Part shown: positions 48,892-61,749 of the stretch, piece after piece
How positions within the stretch are numbered: the stretch's first letter is position 1
How the letters are laid out: the number at the start of each line of letters is the position of its first letter
Translations under genes and position numbers: made by a program
NCBI GenBank assembly: GCA_003427395.1
Contig: BFEA01000015.1
Location: 4,594,501-4,658,500, forward strand
Length of the DNA stretch: 64,000 nucleotides
DNA from: Chara braunii
Lineage: Eukaryota > Plantae > Charophyceae
Reading direction: 5' to 3'
Notes under the pieces: generated by a model
The model's database searches: none
The model's input: only the letters and a program-made list of their open reading frames with translations
Told to the model about the DNA's origin: nothing

Positions 48892-51062
48892 AAAAGGAGA
48901 TAGTCAAACAGGGATATAGTGGGTTTATACTGGCAGGAAAAGATATACCTTACAGTTCACTACCTCGAAAACCTCACCTAGGTTCTGGCAGAGCTCCCGC
49001 AATCGGTGGGGCAACCTCTCACATAGGCCTTGGTACGGATTACGAGTTTCAATCCCGCTTGCCGCCTTCCTCTTCAAACCCATGGATTGGACTGAGAGTT
49101 TAGTCTCTCATATCCAGGAATAGTGCACTCAGACTCGCGTGAGAGAACCTTGAATCCTTCAGACGCCTGAAAGTCTCGCAATGGCGGTCAGAGTACATAT
49201 CAGTTTGGTCGAACTAAAGCCCAACCTCCTACCGTTAACTTTCTGGCGATCCTATCGCTCACAACAAAGACCCCCTCCTCCTCTTTTAACAAACCCAGCC
49301 CCCCCTACTGCTCGTGACCCAAAGTAGATAGGCCACAACTGCAAGATGCAGGTTGTGGGTCAGGACACAATCTTCTCACGCACCGCAGTTGGAACTGCAG
49401 TGTGGCCTAACCAACCATGTAGTGGGCAGAATGCTCAGAGACACCGGTTGTGCCGCTCTCTCCAAAACTCGATTAAATATTCGATCTGCCGCTGGACACA
49501 TGCCACTCCGATTTGTACGATGGGCAGAATACTGGCCAATCAAATAGGCCTTCAGTCCGTAGCTTGCCTCACATCACTGCTACTGACAAAAAAGCCAACG
49601 CACAGCTAACAGGTAAGTTTGTGCCCTCGCTGCTTGCCAACAACTACTTTGTCCGGCAGCGAACAACCAGGTAAGTCTTCACTCTCGCGATTTACCTCTC
49701 GCTGTCTCGTTCGACGGGTTGTGCATTAACCAACGGGTAAATCTACAATCCTCGGCTCCCTCCTCGCTCCAGCGATTCAACAGGATGAGCAATGTACGAC
49801 CAGTAGGTAAGTCTTCAGCCTTCAGCTCGTCTGCAACAATGTGCGCAGATAGATAGGAAGAGGCTACTCTCGTTGATGCAACGAGCAAAATCGAAGTGAA
49901 TCTTTCGCTACAATTCGGATCTGGCGCTTCACAGCTTATCATTGTAACTCGTCCCTTGCTTCCTCGCTTCTCCACTTGTCAGGACAGGCAACGCACCGGT
50001 CAAACAGGTGAGCCTTCAGTCCTACGGCTGAACTTACTCCACTTCAAGTGTCAGGGCGAGCAATTCGAACTGAATCTCTCATTGGATCGAAGGAGATATG
50101 TCGCCGCTTTCAGCCATACGCTCAAAAAGATAGGGGGATGTTACTTCCATCGCCGTGCCGAGCAACGCACCAGTCAGCGGATAAGTTAGTAACTTCACGG
50201 TTCCCATCTATCCGAATGAATCTGCCGTCAAAGGATGAAAATATATATTGTTTTTTGGCCATTTATGCACAGAGGCACAGAAAGACCATTCTCACACAGC
50301 CAGATAGGCAAAATCGGAACGAACGTTTCACAAGAATGCGGATGGATGCGTGCACAATCTCCCTTCCCACTTACTCAGCATTGTAAGATCTAACGTTGCC
50401 ATCGGATTCACCCGACCCCAAATCCCCTACTCAGCATTTTATCCTGTTCGATTCTGCCTGGAAACAACAGAGTTTCATGCCATTTGCCTCTCCATAGCTG
50501 CTTCCATCATCTCTCTGCGCGGCTCTTTCTCCAAATAACTCACCATTCACTAACTCTCTACCAAAACTAACCATAGATTTGAGGTCGTCCCGGTCTAGAA
50601 TCCCGAAACTGGCCTCTTAATTCAAGTTAATTGCCTAATTCCATTGGATTATGAGTAAGAAGAGTTTTTCCTCTGCCTCACGTCTCTTATCCCTCTTTAC
50701 TCCATCTCCTCTTCGTTGCTGCTACCTTCTCCCTCCTATCCGTAAATTTCAGCGCACTGTCCCTCGACTACTTCTTAGCGCTTTTAAGTGTCCAACAACG
50801 TCAGTCTTACGATAACAATTATTGAAAAAAAATGTTCTCCTAGAATGACGTAGCTGGAAATAAGCAGCCTACTCACATGCACTCTGCCAACTTCACGCCC
50901 GGGTTTATTCCTGGATGTTCGGGATAAACCGAGCAGCGACGTCAAGCTACCCTTCTCTGTACTGTTCCAATTTTTGCGGCAGTCCCGAAAGACTTAGAGC
51001 TGGCCAGTAGTCCCATCTACCCCGAGGGAGTCTTTAGCCCCGGCGCCCAAATCCAACAAACG

Positions 51063-51075
51063 CCTCCCCCCCTTT
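51063..51075 (-). promoter_or_regulatory. Polypurine tract
   Basis: Minus strand AAAGGGGGGGAGG, then CGTT, then TGTTGG. Confidence 0.55.
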
Positions 51076-51270
51076 AGTACCGTTGAGTGCCTTGCTTGAA
51101 TTTCCCACGGCCCACTCGAAATGTTATCCGATTCCCTTCCACTTTAGGCTAACGACGCTCTCCAAATGTGAAGCGAGGGAAGCCACAACCACGGACCCCA
51201 CATTGTCCACGCACCGTAACTCAGAAACGGGGAACGGAACACACGACAAATAAAAAGTAAAAATTAAAAG

Positions 51271-51690
51271 GGAAAATTTTTGAAATGCCCCTGAAGTTTG
51301 CATTAATTTGCGATTTGCCCCTCCGACGGCCAACTTACCCTGATTTGCCCCTAGGCCTCTGAACTTTCGAACAAACCCCTGTCAGTGAGGGGCACAACTT
51401 TTTGGAATGCCCCTACCGGACCGGCGGTCCTATTTCCCTTGCAGCCTGTCCGATTTGCCTTTCCGTGGGGGATGCATCTTCCTAAGATGCCCTCCAGCAG
51501 GGAGGCGCTAAGAATTTGAATTCCAACCCCATACTTTTCCAAGTCGCCGCGCAAAAAAAAGGTTGCACACCATGTCGTGTCCGCTGCTGCAATCCACCGT
51601 GTAGTGCATTCTTCAGCCATTGCGACCCGCCGCCTCCTTGGACGTCCGCGGAGTACGCTGGCTAAGGTCAGTGTTCCTCCCCTTGTTCCA

Positions 51691-51730
<40 letters not shown>

Positions 51731-52000
51731 NNNNNNNNNNNNNNNNNNNNNNNNNNNNNNNNNNNNNNNNNNNNNNNNNNNNNNNNNNNNNNNNNNNNNN
51801 NNNNNNNNNNNNNNNNNNNNNNNNNNNNNNNNNNNNNNNNNNNNNNNNNNNNNNNNNNNNNNNNNNNNNNNNNNNNNNNNNNNNNNNNNNNNNNNNNNNN
51901 NNNNNNNNNNNNNNNNNNNNNNNNNNNNNNNNNNNNNNNNNNNNNNNNNNNNNNNNNNNNNNNNNNNNNNNNNNNNNNNNNNNNNNNNNNNNNNNNNNNN

Positions 52001-52074
<74 letters not shown>

Positions 52075-52510
52075 ACACATACACACACACACACACAACC
52101 TCCCGATAAGTCAGTGAAAGTCCGACGAAACAGTCTGGCACAATCATGCTTTTTTTGAGTGTATAGCGGATATGACAACACATAAGTCCGGGTAGCACAT
52201 CTCCCAGGGCTAGGGGAACAGCCGCTACTGCCAGCAATGACCAGAAGGACATACCTAAGAGATGCACGGTACCGGTAGGGGCATATGAAAACTTTTTGTG
52301 CCTGTACTGAATGGCTATCCGGTAGGGGTAAACTGAAAATTTGGCACGGGTACCGGTAGGGGCATATTGAAAATGTCTCAGGCCCAAACGATGCCAGGGG
52401 TTTTTTGGAAATTTGAATCGCTGTCAGAGGGGCAAATTAGGGTGAGTCGGTCGTCGAAGGGGTAAATTGCAAATAAATGCAAACTTCAGGGGCATTTCAA
52501 AAAATTTTCC
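51271..52510. mobile_element. Non-autonomous Mutator-like element with (CT)n, N gap and (AC)n
   Basis: TIRs over 80 bp (GGAAAATTTTTGAAATGCCCCTGAAGTTTGCA...); AAATTAAAA duplicated on both flanks. Confidence 0.85.
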
Positions 52511-53267
52511 AAATTAAAAATAATAATGAAGACACCACTAAAGTGAAGGGGAAAGGAGATAGGTAGACGGGAAGGGGAAGGAGGACCGCCAACGCCTCCT
52601 TAGTCCTACCGGTCGGGTCCGTTGTGGGCATCATCGGCAAAACCAAGGGGGATAGTCTTGCGAAACCCTCAACCGCCCAGCTCCTTTAAGTTGCTCCAAT
52701 ACTCTCACGACGTCGCTGGCTGGTTTCTATCCCTGAGTCTCTCGGATGAAAGTCGAACATCGTAACCAATTGCGCTAGGCCCAAGGCTAGGTTTAGTACT
52801 AGCGGTAAGCCATATAAACAGGCATCGCTACTCGTGCGGGTTCGTCGAGGGCTCACCGGTCACTCTAAACCCCAAGACAATTGCGCCTCACAAAAATCGT
52901 GGTCAAGCATACCAATTAAAAGGTATTTTTTTTTAATCCTTGTTTAATCAAAAATAAAAACCTAGTCGACAAACACGCCGCCTTTACAATCATCAACAAG
53001 GAGAAAGATCACGCACGCTTTAAATCAGCATGCCCACACACTCTCTATTTTCTAGCCAACCACTTAGTCAACGTAATTGAAACACAACCACGACTCTCAT
53101 GGCGTACTCAAACCTTGAACCAAACTTATTTTTTGTCACTTGCAAAAACTAAGGCGGATACGCTTTTAAGGGTATTCGCACTGACATCGAATTTACCTAA
53201 GTTATAAATATGCTTGCTTGAAAATTTCAAATTAGCAAGCTATAACTATTCTTAAGGAATTTTAAAG

Positions 53268-53521
53268 AAAGATGCAACATGGTCATTAAAAATATGTAAA
53301 TATTAAGAGGATTACTAGACAAAGAGAGAATGGAGAAGGATGGAGGAGATAGGCACCATCACAACTGATGATGACTATCTCCTCTCAAATGCCTCATATT
53401 CTTTTATCCTTGACCCTTCTTCTAACATATGATATTAAATGATAATAATAGTAACAATAATAATAATAGTAAAATTAATAATATAATGATAAATAATTAA
53501 AAAATAATAAGAATATAGTAA

Positions 53522-53563
<42 letters not shown>

Positions 53564-53800
53564 GATACAACATGGTCATGAAAAATATGTAAATGTTAAG
53601 AGGATTACTAGACAAAGAGAGGATGGAAAAGAATGGAGGAGATAGGCATCATCACAACTGATGATGACTATCTCCTCTCCAATGCCTCATATTCTTCTAT
53701 CTCTGACCCTCCTTCTAACATATAATATCAAGTGATAATAATAATAGTAAAATTAATAATATAATGATTAAAAAAATATAGTAATAATAATAATAATAAT
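53268..53800. repeat. Tandem duplication (~293 bp) with (AAT)n
   Basis: AAAGAT.CAACATGGTCAT at 53268 and 53561; each unit has a GGAGATAG...CTATCTCC hairpin. Confidence 0.9.
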
Positions 53801-53808
53801 AATATAAT

Positions 53809-54597
53809 CAGGGTCACCAGCCCGTACGTACGGAGGTCCCCGGGCAGACCTCCGTACGTACGGGCGTTCGGGGTCCCGTACGGGGTCCGAACCCGACGGC
53901 GTTCGGCCCCCGCCAAAAATTATTTCGGGACCTAACAATAATTATTGTTTTCTGATTTTTTTTTTTTAAGTTTTTTATGAGGTGAGATACATGCCTGTAC
54001 ATTTTCAAGTCATTTGGATAAGCCAACTAAGAATTAAAAATCGCCAAAGATGGCCGTGTCAAAACGTGCTCGCCAACATATTTTTTCACTTTTTACTTTT
54101 TGTTTTCACTTTAGTTCGGGGTCTAAACAATTTTATTTGTTTTTGAAACTTTTTTAGTGGGTTTTGTATTATGTGAAGTACACATATGTAAAGTTTCAGG
54201 GCATTGAACTATGCCAAAAAAAAATGGAAAATCGCCAAAGATGGCGATGTCGAAAACATGCTCGCGCACTCACTAAATTTAATTCTCTTTTTATTTTTAT
54301 TTATTTTTATTATTAGTATTTATTTTTCGTATTTTATTTTTATTTCAAATTTGGTAAGGAATTCGGATGTAATGCTCAGGCAAATCTNNNNNNNNNNNNN
54401 NNNNNNNNNNNNNNNNNNNNNNNNNNNNNNNNNNNNNNNNNNNNNNNNNNNNNNNNNNNNNNNNNNNNNNNNNNNNNNNNNNNNNNNTTTTTTTTTTTTT
54501 TTTTTTTGGGTCCGTGTTCGGCCCGGACGACCGAACGCATCCCCAAGAGGTCCCATACGTTCGGGCGTTCGGCCCTTCCCGAACGCCGGTTACCCTG
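53809..54597. mobile_element. hAT-like MITE
   Basis: TIR CAGGGTCACC/GGTTACCCTG; 8-bp TSD AATATAAT; GTTCGG/CCGAAC subterminal repeats. Confidence 0.9.
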
Positions 54598-55035
54598 AAT
54601 ATAATAAGAATAAGAATAAGAATAAGAATAAGAATAAGAATAATACCCTAGCAATACCACGGATAAACTCGCAAGGAGTAAGAGATCAATGAAAGAGACG
54701 ATATACTATTAGTGACAATCTTCCCCCTCCTTTTGCCAACCAACTCTTCTTCATCTGTATCTCCTCCTCCTTTTTTTTCTCCTTCTCTTTGCTATCCCTC
54801 ACCTTCCTTTTTTTATTATCCTTCACTCTTCAATTATTTACCACTTTTGACTCTCATTTTGCATTACTTTCTACCATTTTTATCACAGTCACCACTTTAT
54901 CCCTAATTTTTTCCCTTTATTTTGGTTGTCCTTCTCTATATCACCGCTAAAATATATCATGCTCGGTTATGATTCATATCCCAATCCGTAACATCAATTT
55001 AAGAAATAAATAACAAAACCAAACAACCAAAAGTC

Positions 55036-55234
55036 AATCAACCATTGGAAGTAGTGACCTCAACCGCATCACATGTCACTTCTATGAGAGTAACCTTAGT
55101 AGGTTGTTTGGAGGGGAGTCGAAGAAAATCTTAATCAACCATTGGAAGCAAAGACCTTAACCGCATCACCTGTCACTTCCATTAGAGTAACCTTAGTAGG
55201 TTATTTGGAGGGGAGTCAAATAAAATCTTAATCA
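55036..55234. repeat. Tandem duplication, period 97 bp
   Basis: AATCAACCATTGGAAG at 55036 and 55133. Confidence 0.9.
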
Positions 55235-58200
55235 TGGGAATGCCGAAACAATGGTGGAAAAATTAAGGAAAACTAGGAAGCAAAAAAAAAAATAGCGAAA
55301 GCAATACAAGGACAAATAATGTATTTTTGAGCTACCTTCTCAGTCCAATTCAAACATGGAAACAGGATAGCTTACTCGAATCTGGATTTGTTCATCATCA
55401 CATTGGTGTTGAGGTAAGCCTTATTTGACCCTCCCCTCATATTTCCCTTCCTCCTTATTTTCTTCCTTTCTCCACCTCCTTCTTTCTCTTCACCTTTTTT
55501 CTTTTCTTGATATTTTCTATTTTTCTCATTTTATTTTATTTTTTCTCATCTCTCCTTTCTTTCTTCACCTCTTTTTTTCCTTATGTATTTCATCCTCTCT
55601 TTATCTCACAAGTTTTATTCCCCTTCCTTTTTTTTTATTTTTTTCACATTTTCTCTCTTTTCAGTTTCCTTCTCCTTTTTCCTTCTGCATCTTAGTAAAT
55701 AAACTGCTTTCCTTCTAGAGTATCAAGGTGTGGTTGAATCCTAAGAGTAGCGACAACTACCTTCATTAGCGTGTAACAACATTCAGGATTTGTAACTGTT
55801 TAAGCGGTAGTACAATTCATCGTTGTAGTTACTAGTTGCAACTTTGATCATTAGCCAGTAGTTGCAGATCAATAAATAGTCAGCAGTATCAGTTGTTGCA
55901 CGTAGTTGTCTGTTATAGTTAGTGGCAACAGTGACTTGTGGTCCGCCAGTCTAATATATTGATCCACTATTGAGATAACCACAATCAACACAATCTGTTG
56001 TTTGAAACAACGTTAGTCTACATCTTCTCTGTCCATGGAAGCACGTTGCAGCGTTAATTAATATCACAGTCATAAGAATCAATTACCTTAACATGTGTGG
56101 AGGTTCTGCGTAACAACTCTCCTAAACTTTCAAGTCGTTGGGCACAATTAATAACAGTCACCTTCTACTGTCATCTCTATTTAAATCAGCAAATTGTAGT
56201 AACCATCAGCTTAAGTACAATGCAACAATAGTGATAATTTATCACTCAATTTATGCCAATAAGTAGCGGTAGGTGGTCACTAGTACTAGTTGTAGTCTAT
56301 TCGAGTTAACTGTAAAATACTCAACAATACTCTGCACAATTTTATGGTCACAACAACATTCAGTCTTTGCTATATTCACAAACCGTAGTTGTCGGTGACT
56401 TACGACAATAAGTGTATCAGTAGCAGTATATATTGGTAGCAAATAGCAAGGGTAGTGGTCTACATTCTATAGTAGTAGGAACCTATAACAATTGCAGTAG
56501 CCACCACTCGTAATAATAACAAACAGTTGTGGCAGGGTAATTCCCTTATTTGTCACACTTATTTTTTAAGAAATATTTAGTTGTTATCTTAGTCAAGATG
56601 AATGATTAATCAAAAGAGACAAAGCAATAACAACAATTTTGAAATTTTTAGATGTATACAAGCTATCGTTCCGATTTTATTCGGCCAGAAGGAGGGTGCG
56701 TTGTAATCTGGAGAATACTATCATCGTTTCCCTCGTAATTTTATTTCTCGCCTTCACAATTTTTCTTCCTCCTTTCTGCCTTAGTCCTCTCTTCGCTACT
56801 CACATCTCATTGATCAGTAGCATGGTAAGTGAGTGTAAACAAAAGTCAAACAAAATAAAATAATAAAAATCAAATGAAGTAAGCAAAATAAATATTTGTT
56901 TTATCGTTTTCTAGTCCAGATACAAGAAAATCATTACGAGTAGTATTTTAGATTCACATTGATAATCAAATGTAGAAAGTGTTAAAATGTGTCAATAAAA
57001 AGAAACAAAATTAACTTACCTTGTTGATCGGAGTAGACGATCGACATATAGCATAGAAGAACAACTTATGAGTTTTCGTTGAAATAATTGTCTGAAAGGT
57101 GCACCCCGAACACAGAACATTGTCGACTTGTAAAAAAACTTCAAGCAGGTAAGTCTCCTTTCTCTGTTCACTACTCGCCTTCTTACGACACTTGCCGACT
57201 TTCTTCCTTCGTTCTCTCTCAATTATTTCGTTTCTCCTCTTCCACATGTATCTAACATTTGATAACAAATTAACACAAACCACATTCGTCGTTCGATACA
57301 AACAAAATGAGGGTATGTTATATTCGAGGGAAACGATAATCGTTTTTCCTTCCTCGTTCGTTTATTATCGCCTCCTTCCTCGTTATCACCTCGTATCGCA
57401 GTCCCTCACCCTCTTTAGCACCGCTTATATTAACACAAAAATCAATTGTACCTAACCCTAGTCACAACCAAATATGCGGTGTGAGTAAGACCTCAAAGTG
57501 GGAACGAGAACTGTAGTATACGCAACCTCAAAGGAGGATAACTTTTATTTTAGAAAGGGTAGTTAAGACCAACGCCCTTCGAAGATGACAATCACGATCC
57601 CAATGTATTTTTCGCCATGCGAGATGGAAAGACCTTGACTAGGAAGGAGATGATAGCAACAATGACATCAAAAATGAAGAAGGACACTCGGATAACTACC
57701 ACGATACGATCCTAACCCTATTACTCACCAATCGCACAAAACAAGAACAAAACTTTTGTTATTTTACACTTTGCGTTTGCTCTCATATCCCGCATTCGCT
57801 CACAATTGTACAGTCTTGTACTGCTCGCAGTCGTGCTGTTGTTCAGGATGACGCTCGCTTGTGCTCTCAAGTTATCATTCGCATTTGCTCTTGCTTGCTC
57901 CTTTAGTCGCTCGCACCTCTGGTCTTTATTTTTTTTTGCCCTCCTTTCTCCTTACTGCTATCCCTTCCTTTCTTACTTCCTTTGTACTCTTGTTGCCTCA
58001 TACTGTCGCGCTTATTCCCCAGCCCACCGCTTGCTCACTTGCTCGCTCACGCATGTGCCCGCTTCTTGTTTTCACACTCACGATCGTTGCTTCGTACCCC
58101 CTCATCTGTTTTTCACATGCAGACCCGAATGCCAAATCTCCCTTTCGAGTACAAGTTTATTCGTTTTCCTGTGCTTGCTTTCGTTGGATGCACCATCTTA

Positions 58201-59133
58201 CCTCATGGTCCCTCTATTCCTTCCTCATTTTTCCTCTCTGCTCCCTTCATCTCTTTCCTGCGTTTACTTTTCCTTCTCCTTGTTACTACGAGTTATTATC
58301 CTTACTCGTTTCCTTTGCTCATAATCGTGCATCTGATTCCATTAACGTTTCCCTGCTTGTTTCTTCCTCTTTCTCGTGATCTTCTACTTCTCATGTTCTT
58401 ATTTCGTTTCTACATCTCATTCATGTTCACTACTACCTCCCTCGTTTGCTCGTTGCCCACTTTCTATTGAGATTTCGTTCACTCCATTTGTGATTTCCCC
58501 TTACTCGCATCTCCTGTTTTTTTTATCTTCTTCGTGTTCTTTTACTCCTTCCCTTATTTGTTTACTATCCTTGCCTTCTTCTCGCTCTCTCTGCTTCCCT
58601 TTCGAGATTCCCTCTCATTTGAGCTCGTGCTAGTAAACTCGTGTCTGCTTGTTTTCGGCTGCACTCACTTACTGTTCGTGTTAGCGGCTGCATTCACGAC
58701 CTCGCACTGCTTTGCTCATGCTTGCGACCGCTAGTCTGCTTCTCGTTCACACTTGCTGCTTGACATCACTCGCCTTTCGTAGTACCTTTCTTGCGTGTCC
58801 GCTTTCTCGGTCGTTATTATCCACTTGTTGTTTTGTTCGCGCTCACCACTTAATAGTGCTCTCTAGCTCAAAGTATTGCTCAAACTTTCGTTCGAACTTG
58901 CCTTCGTGAGCACTCTTTGCTTGCAGTAATCCGCTATTCCTTCTGTTCGAATAATTTGTTCTTTAAATCAGAGCAAATTTACACTTATTATTTTATTAAC
59001 TAAAAAAAATAAAAAATGAGGAAAAAAAAACAATAATATAAAAATTTAAGATATCATATAGTGTAATGTTATTCGTACTCATTTCGTATCACTGATGATG
59101 AATCTAGCCATGACATCTGTCCATATTACAAGG

Positions 59134-59468
59134 CTACGTAGCACCGTGTTCGCGTTCGGAGGCGAACGCGAACATGTTCGCCCGAACGCGAACAAGCGCC
59201 CAAACCCCTCCGAACGCGAACATAAAATTTATTTAAAAAAAAACAAATTTTCAGAAAAATCTGAAACAAATATATGTTATGTAAAATAACAATACAAGCA
59301 ACTTTTGCCTTGGTGTCATGTTCAAATTCGTAGCCAATCATGAGTTAAAAATAAAAAACCGAATTTGTTTTTTTTTTTTAACGAAAAACAATTATGTTCG
59401 CCTGAACATGTTCGCGAGCTGTTCGCGCGAACATGAAGGGGCGTGAACACGTTCGCCGTGCTACCCAG
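59134..59468. mobile_element. hAT-like MITE
   Basis: 8-bp TSD TTACAAGG; TIR CTACGTAGCAC/GTGCTACCCAG; GTTCGC/GCGAAC repeats. Confidence 0.85.
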
Positions 59469-60467
59469 TTACAAGGCATATTTATATGTATTTTCTAGTT
59501 AGTAGTTCAAACTTATTTCCAACTTAATTTATTTTATTTTACTTTATTTCTACTTAATTTCTTTTTTATTTTTGCTGCTATGCTAATGTATTTTTCCAAA
59601 TTTTAGTGGAAGATTCATTGTCACCCCGCTCGTTCAATTGGTTGGGGAGAAGCGTTGCTCATGCTATGTGTGGGGTAATAATAACCAATTACTTATAATT
59701 TCGCGGTCACTTGTTCCAATCCTGACTGACCGACGGCGGAGTAATAATAGTGGTCCAGTTAGTGACTCTCCTACCAAAAGGATCTAGCTCAGGGGTAGGA
59801 TGAACTTGATGGATGTATGTTTAGCGTGTCAATCCACACCTAAACCTACTGGGCTAGCTCCTATTCCGACTAGAAGAGGAGATATCCAGTCATAAGTAGA
59901 GGATCGAGGCTCAGTCTAGCTAGTGGCCAGAGCCGAAATCCCGTTTTGAAGGCAAAATCCGATCAAGTTTGTCTGCCATAGCTACGCTGCGACATACGTT
60001 CAAGTTTTTTTGGTAGCCTTGGACGTATTGGGTATATATCAATTTTTTATCCACATTCTAGTCTGCGGTGGAGTGAACCACCTATCCCATATACTAACAT
60101 TTTTATCATCCACGAACTTTAGCTTACTAACCTATCCGGTCACATAGTCGGAGTTCTGACTAATCTCGAATATTGTCGTCACATTCTTCATGCGACTCCT
60201 ACCATTTTGTTAGCCTTTCGACCACCATGGTCAAAGGTTACTACTAGTCCTCAATGTTTCAAACGTGTGTCGTTAGAGCATGCTTTACTATTTAATAAAA
60301 ATTTCTTACCCATATGCGTCGGCCGTAACGGTTGAGGAATTGTCTGAAGGTAATGGTTAATTCATGTTTAGTTCATACTGGCTCCGTAATAATCGTTAGC
60401 ACTGACGCTATGTCATCTACCAAGATATGAACGAATACCCTTGTAAAGGTATTTGGTCCGACAACGT

Positions 60468-60523
60468 AGATTGTTGAGGTTTCAACCTCTTGATGAGTCG
60501 GTGCAACTCTGATGAAACAATCT
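60468..60523 (+). ncRNA. Degenerate type III hammerhead ribozyme
   Basis: AGATTGT-T-GAGGT(TTCA)ACCTC-TTGATGA-GTCG...TGAT-GAAACAATCT; core C3 changed to T; stem II has two G.T pairs. Confidence 0.75.
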
Positions 60524-61114
60524 TTCATCATCTGTTTTTATTGTTTTTAATTTTTTGTTTTGATACTTGTTTTGTCCACTGGTTGTTGTTGTTTCTTTGA
60601 CGTGTGTGCTTATGTGTTGTTTGCAATATAGTTAAGTCGGTATTGCTAAACCGTGTTGGAAGGTACCTAAGTACGTGGCGGTACTAGAGGGAAAGTGAGC
60701 CACAACGAGCTAATGCATAACGAATTCCGATGGAAAATTTGTAGTCTGGATTTCAATTATGAAGAAGTAGAAATTTGAGGATGGGGGGCAAGCACCCGTG
60801 GATGGGTAAGACATGACTGAATTAAAGGTGTAGGTGGCACGTCAAGGTTGTTACAAGTCCATAATGAACCCTCTAGTGCTAGTAACAAGCTACACATTGT
60901 GTTGTGGCAAAAACTTTGAATTCGTGATGGAGCAAAGGTGGCCAATTAATGAGTCGGTATGATAGAGGTCTGAAGCTCGTCTCAGAGGAGAAGTATCATA
61001 CTTTGAGTTGGGTCTCCCTCGCTGCAAGCCCGTTATGTCATTGGGGAAACCAATCAACTCTCAATACTCAGTGGTGGAAATTTTAGTGGGAGCCGACAAA
61101 TAAGCTTGTGGTTT

Positions 61115-61400
61115 GCCTCATGATGATGATCGACGTGCAACCAGTCAAAATGTGCATAGAGCATATACGTGTCCTGAGCTCTTTGAACACGAAGTAATAT
61201 GTTGGTTTATTTTATGTCATATTCAGAAGCATTTGTATGGTTATTGCTTTCCTTCCTTAGTGCCTCATGATGATTACTGACGCTCAACAGATCGAAACGT
61301 GTGTAGAGGATATGTGCGTCGTGAGTTATTTGAACACGAAGTAATATGTTGTTTCATACTTCGTCGTGTTCAGAAGCATGTGGATGGCCATTGCTTTCTT
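61115..61400 (+). repeat. Two 147-bp tandem units, each with a decayed type I hammerhead-like motif
   Basis: CCTC-ATGATGA-...-GAAACGTGTGTA-GAGG (61263-61309); the first copy has AAAA for GAAA. Confidence 0.55.
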
Positions 61401-61749
61401 TACTTGGTGCATGTTGGTTGAATTCTCTATTTTTCTCTCCTTAAATATGCGCTTATTTATGTTCTGAGCCTCCAACCTTACCGGCATGCCCTTTGGGTAG
61501 CAGTTAAATGTTGCAAAAGATCCCCAGTGTCGCTTGGGCCTCACATTTACTCAGTATGCCGCTGCCAGTACGTGTTAAACTTCTCGAAATGTTTACAGAT
61601 GTCTCATTAGCTGGGTTGTTTTAAGCGTAACAATGTTGGTTGTGCTGCAAAGTCGTCCCGTCCTAAAACAAGGGTCGGACAGAGTAAGGTGGTCGTAAAG
61701 TCGAATGAACGTTTTTTTTTTTTTTTTTTAAGTTGTATATATATATATA

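Larger units (their letters stand above)
44900..51058 (-). mobile_element. Family X copy C: putative complete ~6.2-kb 3' LTR
   Basis: TGTAAGG...CCAACA termini; minus-strand purine tract 4 nt outside the right end; colinear with copy A over ~4 kb. Confidence 0.65.

Noticed and set aside
53340-53385. CTGATGA as a hammerhead core (also ~2182, 6735, 23440, 59093)
   Set aside because: No stem II plus GAAA and no stem I/III partners.
57806-58909. Overlapping ORFs in all plus frames
   Set aside because: Low-complexity CT-rich sequence with no motif.
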